Below, piece after piece: positions 11,729-22,455 of a stretch of 64,000 nucleotides of DNA (positions are counted from its first letter, which is position 1; each line of letters opens with the position of its first letter). Position numbers and translations under genes: made by a program. This DNA comes from Selaginella moellendorffii (Eukaryota > Plantae > Lycopodiophyta), in assembly GCF_000143415.4 (NCBI RefSeq), contig NW_003314272.1, forward strand, positions 778,184-842,183, given 5' to 3'. The notes under the pieces are model-generated. The model ran no database searches. It worked only from the letters and a program-made list of their open reading frames with translations, and was not told where the DNA came from.

Positions 11729-14084
11729 TTACTCGTACTTTATTCTTCCATCGCCTTCGGTGATGATATCTTTGAATGACGCACCACCCGGTATCATCGG
11801 CAATACATGCTCCTGAGTGTCAATTCAATTGTTACTCTAGAACGCAAAGTAGCAAAAATTCTAATTCTCCTTGCCTGATGAGGAACAATCACGTCCAGGA
11901 GATAAGGGCCGGGCGTTTGAAGCATCGTCAAGATTGCTTCCTTGAGCTCCGATTTCCTTGTTACTCGAGCAGAAGGCACCTGAGAAAAAAGTGAAATAAA
12001 AAAAGTCATTCGTGAAACCCGAGCGTAATTATACAAACATACTTTGCAAGCGTCAGCAAACTTACGGAAGTCGGGATAGATCTCTGCTTCCGCGTCGGGA
12101 TCACCCAAGTATGTGTGAGCTCGGTTTGCCTGAAACCAAATCATAAATGCCGATGCTTATCAAAGTTGTCAAAGCAATACCTTGTAAAATCGATCCTCCC
12201 ACTGTACAACCATTCCCAGGTGCTGGTTATTCAAGACCATTATCTTCACCGGCAGCTTCTCGACGTGGATTGTGGCCAGCTCCTAGCACACACAGAGTAA
12301 AAGATAAGTAACGATTTTGTCTTCGTAAGTTCAAGAGATGCACCTGAATGTTCATGATAAAACTGCCGTCCCCATCGATATCAACGACAGGGATACCAGG
12401 CGACGCAGCAGCCGCACCAAGTGCGGCAGGGAGCCCAAATCCCATTGCTCCGAGACCTGGCACATAAAGAAGAAGAAAAAGTTACAAGAGAGGTGTTTAA
12501 TCTAGTAAGGATCAATCAAACTCTCACCTCCAGAAGTCAGCCATCGACGAGGCTCCTCGTGTTTACACCACTGCGCAGCCCACATCTGATGCTGTCCCAC
12601 ACCAGTGGAAATAATGGCGTTGCCTTGCGTTATCTCCGCCAGAGTTCGTATAGCATACTGCGGAACGATGCAGTCGTTGTCAAAACACGGATACGTAAGC
12701 GGAAACTTTTGCTTCTGCTCTTGGAGCTCGTCCCTCCACGCTGAGAAATCCAGCTTCATGTCCCTGCTCTTCAACATCCTGTTCAAGCCACGTAGAACCG
12801 GCTTCACATCGGACCATATCGATATATGCGGCTGCTTGTTTTTCCCAATCTCGGCCGAGTCGATGTCTACGTGAACAATGCTCGCCCTTCGCGCAAACAT
12901 CTCGAGCTTCCCGGTTACACGGTCATCAAACCGGACACCAAAAGCCAGCAGCAAGTCGCAGCTATCGATCGCGTAATTGGCATACACGGTCCCGTGCATG
13001 CCCAGCATCTGAAGGCAGCGTTCGTCAGACTGAGGGAAGACTCCCAATCCCATCAACGTAGAGGCGAGTGGAATCCCAGTTGCTTCGACAAATTCCCTGA
13101 CCTCCTCGCTAGAATCTATGCACCCCCCTCCGCAGTAAATCACTGGCCTCTTCGCCTCCTGGATGAGTCTGAGCACCTGTTCTAGCTGGGACGGCTCGGA
13201 CACCCGGGGTGGCAGCCTTTGCACATAAGCATCTAGCTTCATCTTCTGGGACCAGTCCGGGATGGAAAACTGCTGCTGGATGTCTTTGGGAATGTCCACA
13301 AGCACCGGCCCAGGCCTTCCAGACGACGCCAGAAAAAAAGCTTCCTTGATCACGCGTGGAATGTCCTCCACGTTCATCACCAGATAGTTGTGCTTGGTGA
13401 TGGACCGCGTCACCTCTACGATTGGAGTCTCTTGAAACGCATCAGTGCCGATCATTCTTCGCGGCACCTGAGCATCCGAGAAAACAAGCTAGAAATGCTC
13501 CAAACTGTAGCTTCACATACCTGTCCAGTGATCGCCACGAGAGGAACGCTGTCGAGCAATGCGTCGGCCAAGCCAGTGACCAAGTTGGTCGCTCCAGGCC
13601 CGGACGTAGCGATGCAAACACCGACTTTTCCACTCGCCTTGGCGTAGCCCTCGGCGGCGAAGATCTCCCCTTGCTCGTGTCGGCAGAGGATATTGCGAAT
13701 GCAAGTCGAGCGCGTCAAGGCCTGGTGAATCTCCACGGACGCGCCACCGGGGTAAGCAAACACCACATCTACACCCTGCCGCTCCAGGGCCTCGACAAGA
13801 ACATCGCAGCCCTTTCGCGGCTCCGCGGCACCGTAGCGCGACTGGAAATCCATGGAAACCAGCTGCTGTTGTTGCTTCTGCTCCTGGAGCTTGAGCGTCA
13901 CTGCTGGAGATCCATTCCCAGCGCCCGCACTCGCGATTTGCTCCGGTTGCGAATGGGCGGCGACGTACCTGCGATTGACGCAGCGGCGTGGGCGATTCGC
14001 ACAGCATTGGAAGCGCCGCGAGCTCACGGTGAGGAGATCACGCGGCATTCTCTTGCTCGCCGCGGTCAGCTTGCCGAAATCCAT
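11729..14084 (-). CDS. ALS: Acetolactate synthase (AHAS) catalytic subunit, plastid-targeted, 7 exons
   Basis: Transit-like N-terminus; [47 protein letters not shown], ThDP motif [36 protein letters not shown] at 11729-11731. Confidence 0.97.
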
Positions 14085-14470
14085 CGGCCCCGCTCGCCGC
14101 CAGCCCTATCCCCTGTTCTCAAACCTTCAGCCCTAAGCCACGTGGAAAACGCCAGTTACAAAAGCGTGGCAAAATGTCATTGGCTTACCTTTTATCCTTT
14201 ATTTACTTGCTCAAGGGTAAAGGAAAGCATGCTAGGGCTGACGTTATATCCTCGTAAGCTTGGAAACGAGCTTTGACCGTTTCGCTACAGACGCCAAATT
14301 CAAACAAAGCTAACGCAAATGCCGTGTTAAAGTTCTTGGATAAGTTCCAACACACCACATCGCACGACTATATAAACCCCACAAACTCGATCATGCAATT
14401 ACAATCATTCAATCCATCTATCTATCATCTAAAGCTATTCTTCAGTGCTGTCTTCCATAAGTTCTTGATC

Positions 14471-14899
14471 ATGGCATCCACTCGCGATATCCTCATTGTC
14501 TTCAGCATGCTCATCGTGGTTAGCCAGGTAAATTGTTTCTTGAAAACAAAGAATGGAATAAGAATTGTAGAGGTTTCTGGTGAAATTTTGCAGGCCAGTT
14601 GCCATTTCTCTTCGTCTTGCACCGAGATTCGCTTCTACGGCAACATCATGTCCGCGAATTGTAGGACGGATGCTGGCAAAGTGGTGAGGAGCTCCATCGA
14701 TGTGAACGAGTGTGTGGGAGTCGACTATTCGGGCAAGCTCGATTGCTCCTCCAACTTTGTTCCCAGATGCCACAACGTTGCATTCAATGGGATCACAATG
14801 GCTGCCACCTGCAAAGATGGCTATGGACATGAGGTCTTCTCCAACCGGGCCCTGGACGAATGCATTGGCAACGATGACGGTCACCTCATTTGTTGCTAG
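14471..14899 (+). CDS. Secreted cyanovirin-N homolog (CVNH) lectin, copy 1
   Basis: 19-aa signal exon 14471-14527, intron 14528-14593, exon 14594-14899. FSSSC..I....MSANC....G....SSIDVNECVG...GKL, then a second repeat ending LDECIGNDDGHLICC. TATA box near 14369. Confidence 0.88.
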   Translation: MASTRDILIVFSMLIVVSQVNCFLKTKNGIRIVEVSGEILQASCHFSSSCTEIRFYGNIMSANCRTDAGKVVRSSIDVNECVGVDYSGKLDCSSNFVPRCHNVAFNGITMAATCKDGYGHEVFSNRALDECIGNDDGHLICC

Positions 14900-15548
14900 A
14901 AACAGCCATCTCCTCATAAGAAATTGGATTCCATCAGTCTGGAGCAAAGATAAATCATTTGATTGCTTAAGAAGTTTGGATCCATCACGTAAAGTTTGTG
15001 TGGTTTGGAAATAAAATCATTTTGTAAACGTATTTCCTTATAAAAATGTCACATTGCTGTACTCATAGAAGTGTCGAGAAGAATTGGATTCTATCAGTCC
15101 GGGCATAGATTTTATCATTGCTAGCAGATGTTTGGATCCAATACGTGGAAATAGAATACTTTTTGAGAGCACACAAGATCATGCAAACTCCACTTTTGCT
15201 TGTCAATTCACTTTGCCAACAAAGACCATCCTCTTGGCTAGAGCGTGCATCATGTCAAACATAGTTTCTTGGGTCAAGAATGACCCACAAGTTCAATCAA
15301 GTGTCCATAGTCATTTTGTTTTTGTCTTTCTGAAAATGCTTAGTCGCAAAACTCAAGAATGATGATAGCTAGCACCAAATGCCGTGTCGGTCTTTGGGAT
15401 AGGCTCCAACTCATGGCATGACACGGATCCGGACTATATAAGCCCAGGGAAGCTCTGGAATGATCATTCAAGCCTTCTTCTTCAGTATATAGCACTCTTA
15501 AGAGCTCGCTCTTCATATATCACTTTGATTTCTTTTACCTGTACTACC

Positions 15549-15961
15549 ATGGCATCCATCCGCGAGATCATCGTCGTCCTGTGCATGCTCATCGTCACAA
15601 TCCAGGTAATCTTTGAGAGTTTGATATCGATTGATAGTTTGGCCATGGGTTCCTTCAGGCTTGCCAGTTCTCTTCGTCTTGCACGGGGATTAGCTTCGAT
15701 GGCCACACCATGCACGCGAAATGTAGAACTCCGTATGGGAAGCATGTCAAGAGCTCCATCGATGTGAGCCAGTGCGTGGGAGTCGACTACACGGGCAAGC
15801 TCGATTGTTCCTCCAACTTTGCTGCCAAATGCGGTGATGTTGAGTTCAATGGGATCACCATCGGTGCTCGTTGTGCCACTGCCAAAGGCTACAAGCGCTT
15901 CTCCAACCGCGCGCTGGACGATTGCATTGGCAATGTCGATGGCAAACTCACTTGCTGCTAA
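15549..15961 (+). CDS. Secreted cyanovirin-N homolog (CVNH) lectin, copy 2
   Basis: Signal exon 15549-15605, intron 15606-15658. ACQFSSSCTGISFDGHTMHAKC...SSIDVSQCVG...GKL and LDDCIGNVDGKLTCC. TATA box near 15435. Confidence 0.88.
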
Positions 15962-17859
15962 AAAGTTGGATGAGCATTTGAATAAACTACGCTGGTTTTA
16001 TTAAACTAAAACTTTCTGAATCGTTTGATCAATATCTGGGCCTTCGCTTCTGTGCTTTCTTCTAGCTATGGCGTCCACAGCTTTTTCCGAAGGCCTCGAA
16101 ACCTGGAAAAAGGAGATAAACGAGAAGAAACTGGCTTGAAAGGAGCTTTAGCTCTTGTGCCAACGAATTTTCAACAAACGAGAGATTTTTTCGAAGTCTC
16201 TCACAGTAGTGGAGGAAAGCTTGTAACTTACTTACAATATGTTGAAGTCCAGAAGGCCGTGCTGCAACTGTCGTTGGAGGAAAAAAACTGAAAGGCTTGA
16301 ATGAGCACCTTTTAAGACTTGTAATTCCTTTCTGAGAAAAGAAGAAACTATAGTCCAGAAAGAATCCTTCCATTGCAAAAAGTATATTGATAAAATTCAC
16401 CAGCCATGTGGTATATTGACTATTGCTTTGCGGGCCATGAAACTTTATACACCATCATTGAAAAGAAAATAAAAAAGCAGTTTCTATACTACCACTCCTT
16501 TTTAAGGTTAAAATAGGTGCAAGGTTTTGTTAGATAAATTTTGGGTACATGCATGAAGAGGTTTTTATTTCAGAATAAGGTAGATTTATCAAGCAATGGC
16601 ACCTAGATTGCTGCAATTAATTATATCCAAGAAGTAAAGTGGGTTGGAAGTAAATTGCTTCCTATACATCTATTAAATTAGAGATTTAAAGTGATTTTTG
16701 TGAAATGATCCCAAAAGATTGACTTTGAAGATGGAGAAATTGTAAATATCACATTCTCTCAAGAAAGTAAGTGGGTAGTAAATGGCAATAGATTTTAATT
16801 AAGGATTTTAGTGTAGCAATTGGTCAAGTTGAGTTACAATAAAACTTCAAGTTAAACAATAAAATAATGATAATGTGATAATATGTAAGCTTCTAAATTT
16901 AGACTTTTTAATAGGTTACCAAATATCCTAAAACTCTTAACTGATTAAAAAAAAATGTATTTTTATTATGGGCTTTTTCCCTTTATATTTAAACTTTTAT
17001 GAATTAGTTTTTGCTAGATATCAATCTCAATATATAATATGATTCACTAAACCAACTAATAAAGTCAATTCCCAAAAAGTTCTTTAATATTAAATATAAA
17101 CTCCTGAATTTAAACTTTCAAAAAGGTCATTTAACCTAATATTATTTAAATCCAAGGATGTTTAACCTCAATTATCTTAACACTTTTAATCAATTAAAAA
17201 AAAGGGTGCACTTTTGTTCATAAGCTCTCTCTCTATATATTTAAATCTTTATAAATTATATTAAAAGATTCAATCACCCTATTACTTTTTAGGTTGTGGT
17301 ACTACAATTGAAAACACTATAAAATAAAAAAGTTAAACATTTTAAAACTTATAGAAATATATTTATCATTTACTGGTTGTGGTGTATGCTTATTACCAAA
17401 GTTTAGGACAAATTCTTTTACTTTTTTTTTATCACCTTAATCCAGCAAGCAAGTTTTAGCTAATTCACTAATTTGTGATCTACTGATTTGTGATTTGTAA
17501 TCTATATTGAAGAACTTTGCTTTCTTTTGTACTAGTGAAATTTCAATTTAACTTGGTAGAATGGTATGTTATCTCAGTTGATGATTTTCTTATGTATCTA
17601 TACATTTGAGATCTGTTATTTTTTATACCATAGATAGATATATAAAAGTTAAAATTTATTTATTTTTGGATATACATGAGGTTGAGGGTCCTGCTGTCTG
17701 AGTAGATGACCTTGATGTGAGTCACATCCATTCCAGTGGTGAGCTCTGAAGACTCTAGCACAAGATCAGCATCCATGGTGATGTTAACCAGGTAGACCAA
17801 TGCCGAATGCTGCTGTGCATAACATGGCGCTTTGACATAATGCTTCCTCAAGCTACTGT

Positions 17860-18590
17860 CAGCCCAACGTCCCAGATTTCACTGCAAATCTCTTGGACGT
17901 GCTAGCGCTCCTGCTGATGACGAACGATAGAGCTTCTGAGGCGGACGACTTCCCAGATTCAGGTGTCCAAGTGAAAGACATGGCGATATCCGTCTTCGAA
18001 CTGATAGACGGGCACAAGGGACATACTGGCACTTGCCTGGCCCTCATGGATCAGCAGAAGGCGTACACGCTTGCGCAGTGGAATGGCTTGGTTGCAAACA
18101 CCATGCTGGTGACGCACTTATTCTACAGGCAAGTCGTAGAAGCTGTAAGGGAAGAAAGCGGAAGTAAGAAGCTGCACCGGCGCCTTAAGCCGTTTGTTGA
18201 GTTTGCACCGCTATGATCCAGATGACGCTGATATCCGCCAGTGGGGTGCTCATCGTGGAGGCCGAGCCTCTTCGCTCCTATGTCCAATGTTCATCTTGGG
18301 ACGACCGGCAATTAGCAACTTCAGCCTGGACAAGGACGTCGACCTGTCGTCAAGGCTGCTGGAAACGGAGGAGGACAGGTTATGGGTGCTTGAAACGGCG
18401 ATAGAGCTCCTTGATGGCAATCTTCTTAAGTCCCCCGAGGCATGGCTTGACAAACACGCCTGTGGAGTACCGCTATCAGCTTGCCTTCATGACTCGGCTC
18501 AAAGTGGTCAAGCGTATCTTAAAGTGCTGCCTGACGTGCGGGAGGCTCGAGTAGCAGGCCGGCGGCGAGGTCTTTTGCGAACCTGAGTGC
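17860..18590 (+). pseudogene. Frameshifted ORF of unknown family
   Basis: GC-rich, coding-like overlapping ORFs 17893-18216 and 18194-18586 that a frameshift would join; no motif recognised. Confidence 0.3.
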
Positions 18591-18859
18591 ACGGTCAACG
18601 GCGAGTAATATTTTGACGGCTAACGAATAAGATCCTTGACGCGATCTGCTCGCTCCCAACCCGCACCTGTGCCCACAGATTGTACTGCTTCCTCTGGAAT
18701 GCATGCTCCATCTAATGCGTGGACGGCGATGACGACAGCCACCAAGGCTTCGTCATGAAAGAATCCAGTATGCGTGATGCTCCTTGCATTTGTGAGAATG
18801 GGCAAATATCTCTTTTGTGGTCCAAATGCCCCCTCTGTCTTCACGGCTGCGTTGTTGAA

Positions 18860-19480
18860 GGGGAACCGATGGAACGTCCTGTCATTCTGGGCGTAGTACA
18901 GCAGTAGATTCGTCCACGACCCGAGATCCTTGGCCGGCATTTTGTCGAAGGTTGATTTCACTGCCACGATTTTCCCCTGTGCCGTTATCATCGAGTTCCA
19001 TGGCGCTCTGGGACGCATTCAAACACAGCCTCACAGTCACGGGTCCGGGATGCCATCACATACGCGGTGATCATCGCGTTCCAAGAGACGATCGTGTTCT
19101 TGGAAATTTCAAGATGCCCTGACTGGGCATGCAGTGTAATGAGCGAGTTCTTAGCGACCACATGATCCAGCATTGAATCGAAGATATTTTTTGCCTGGCT
19201 GACATTGGATCTCCGATTTAGGATTTTACAACTGCGTTGCAGGACGCAAGATTCCTCTGGGGCATTCAATCAAAGAGGCTCTTGGATCGCGCGATATTCC
19301 CTTTCACTGGCAAATGCGAACAGCAAGAACACACGTCGCGAGGGGCATCCGATCGAAGAGTCGAGCCGCTGCGTCAATCGAACCCTGAGTGGCGTAAGCG
19401 TGGATCATCACGTTCCAGGTCGCGGCGTCAAGCTCCAGCAACGCTGCAGCGGAGCGGGTTTTATTTATCTTAGCATTCTG
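18860..19480 (-). pseudogene. PLS-class PPR pseudogene fragment
   Basis: TWNVMIHAYATQGSIDAAARLFDRMP, IVSWNAMITAY, FDKMPAKDLGSWTNLL..YAQN, broken by frameshifts. Confidence 0.85.
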
Positions 19481-20469
19481 TATACCATAAAAAATAAATG
19501 ATTGGGTCTCTGGTTGTGTATTTGAACCTGTGACCTTGCCAATATATTTCTTGATTAATTGCTTCTTAATGTAAACAGCGTCGCAAGCTCTTGGGCGCAA
19601 ATTCTGGGCATGGCGCTCAGCTCTCTGCTGTCAAGCTCATTGAAACCATTCTCTTCTCGATGGAATGAAACTTTCAGTTGCTCCACTATTTAGTTTTAGA
19701 GAATCCCGAGGCCATGGCAAAGAAAGTGGTCTGGATGGACTCTGTACCTCAACCCCAGCAAGCAGCCGATGCAAAAGCTACTCCTGAGTAACAAAGTACG
19801 AACCAGCAACATCCGTGTAAGATATTGTTTTGGAAGAAGACTTATTTAGGCTCGATTTTGATTTGATCCAGGCACCCTGGTCCCATCTATTCTTCACTTG
19901 GTTGTCAAAGCTGGAGGTCCGTATAGGTGTCGATTTTTTCAAATCCTCGGGAGCGTGAGACTCGAGCTCCAAGTTCGATGCCGTTTCTTAGCAATAATAT
20001 ATGAAAACCTGCTCGAAACCGTGAAACATTACTCACGTGCAAAAAAAACTCTAGGTTGCACCAGGGATCCAATAAACCTGGGAAGCCCACAAGGAAAATC
20101 TTAGATTCAACATAAACAAGTCACACCTCATGGTGGTGATCTTGGTGTAACTAGCCAATCGCAGAACCTGAAGCTTGTTGCTACCACGGCCATGATCTGT
20201 CTTTCACACTATGGTCCAATCTTGTAAGAGTCTTGATCGAGCTCAAACTTAATCAGCTGAGAGCATAAAAATGGAGTTTTATAAAGTTGAATTGCAAAAG
20301 TACAAACAAAAACAGGTAGATAAATAGAGGCCACTGTAGTTGATCAACATCCAAGGCCTGGAGTGACCATAATGCATGGAAATTTCTCGAGGCTGGAGAG
20401 TGACGGAATGAGGAATGAAGCGATCTGGACAAGAGTAAAATGAGCGCGAAAAGGACCATATATACTGTG

Positions 20470-21780
20470 GAGCTTGCGAGCCTAGTTTGAAGATGTCTAG
20501 CTTGGTTTGAGCCAGAGAAGAAAGACCACGCTTGGTCAGATCAGCTCGACTCATAGACCACGCCTGGCGGCGGCAGGGTGAAGAGCCCTCTCGGTGGAAT
20601 GTGATAAAAAATGTGGAGCTGTAGCTTACAGTGGCGGTGGTTTTCCATGGCATCGTTCTTGAGCCTTGACGAGGAGGCGCCATCAAGATTTGCAGGAATG
20701 AGGAGCGATCGGGACGCCTTCGCGAGAATGTGGAAGGGGGAACGACGAAAATCGTCTCCAGCAGCCTCGATCGTCATAGGTTCCCTGCTAATCTTCGTCA
20801 TGGAAATGTATGGACGATGGGAATCTTTCAAGATCGAGATTCTTTCTCGTGGAACATTGCGATCGCGGCATTTGCCCGTTGCCTTGGCATTCTTTTTCTC
20901 GATGGCGAGCATCCAATTATTTCTCTTGGCAGCTGTGAAGATACGGTAGAGATCAGATGGTGTAGTCTTAGGCCATGGACGAGATGTCCATTTCAAACAA
21001 TCCAAAATTGTTGGGTCTCTTGGCTGTGAATTCGAACCTGTGACTTTGCCAATATATTTCTTAATTCTAGCCACATATCCGGCCATCAGGTTCCCGTCCA
21101 AATTTCGTAGGAATGTTTTATAAGGGTGTCATCCTTTCTGCGGCTGTCAAGCTCAGAAAGTGTGGGTGCGACTTCAAATTTCATAGAGTTTTTCAATTCT
21201 TTGGTCTTGTTGCTGCTAGGAACAAACATCAATGAAATCTCAAGCTCCCCAAGATTTGTAAGAACAAAGAAGTAGGTTTAGTGTGTAAAGAAGAGGGCAT
21301 CGCATGGAAAATACTCGAGGCCGAAAGGTGGCTGTCCTTCACAAGAATATTTAAAGCAAAAAGGGCAAAAGAAGAACCGTGGGCTTCTGAGTGCTTTCGA
21401 GCCTAGTTTGAAGATTGAGCCAGACCGGATCCCTGGACAAGTCATCGAAACTGAAGAAAAGAGAGTCAATCAGCTCGACTCACATTCTTTACTTTATGAG
21501 ACAGGCACCATGTAGTTGATGGCAACGGCGGTGGTTTTCCATTGCATTGTTTTTGAGCACAAATTTCTGGGCAGGGGCAAGCGCATCCACAAGGAAAATC
21601 GTCTCCAGCGGCATTTACGTTCCTTGTCATGGAGAAATGTATGGAAAGTGCGGGCGCGCAGCGGACGTCTTGGGAGTCTTTTACAAGATGGAAGATTGAG
21701 ATGTTTTCTGGTGGAACATTCCGATCGCAAAAAGGTATATTGTTAAGTAGCGATGTACTCACGTTGAACTTGTCATAATG
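20470..21780 (-). pseudogene. Further PPR-derived relics, locally duplicated
   Basis: PPR-like fragments (DCLKWTSRPW, VPRERISI). Blocks such as gagcctagtttgaagat, cagctcgactca and ggttttccat recur at about 20478-20665 and 21399-21560; the block at about 21034 repeats about 19524. Confidence 0.55.
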
Positions 21781-22455
21781 ACCAAGCAGTGCTAAGTTCA
21801 TCGGGCTCCCTGGTACAAAGCGCCGGGTCTGGTGGATCTCATTGTAGCTTGTATACTCCACGATTCTCGTGTAGTTCGGGAGCGCTCGGGAACACAGCAT
21901 ATGCGTGTTTGCAATCTCCACATCTGACTGGAAGCTCAGACTGTTGACACGGATTCAAGAAGTTGCCGTTCTCCTGCACCTTCAATCCATGCCAAACTCT
22001 CGAATGTCGCTCGCTGTCCAACTCCCACAGGCATTTCAAGTCCTCGAGCTCTCGTAGCGATTTTGACAAGACCATCTTGAGTTGCTCGAGCAACCAGATA
22101 ATCGAAGGTCTTCATGCTGTCCTTCAAAGCAATGAAATGGTCACACGCATCGTCTGGAGCAAAATCCAGGGAATAGGCCTGAGGAGGGTGAGCCAGACCG
22201 AGACAAATCCTCTAGCGAGCAGGACTACTCATTCCAAGCCTGGAAAGCAAGGACTTCATGCGGTAGTGCGTGTTGCATCTAGAATGTGCAATATTGACGA
22301 GTTTTCGCTTAAGCCTCTCCTTTGCCATAGTTCTTCCCTTGATCGCCCTCAAGGTCTTGATGTTGCTCCAGGTCTTCAACCTCGCTTCATCAGCTTCCAG
22401 TCCCCTTGATCGCCCTTGAGGTCTTGAACCTGTTCTTCTCGTTGCTCCAAGCCTT

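Noticed and set aside
14273-14899. 208-aa single-exon ORF
   Set aside because: Read-through of the promoter and an in-frame 66-nt intron; the paralog supports ATG 14471 with splicing.
16400-17660. AT-rich block as a defined transposon
   Set aside because: No TIRs, TSD or coding relic could be established by eye.
19680-20250. Possible gene fragment between the PPR relics
   Set aside because: Stops in all frames and no recognisable motif.
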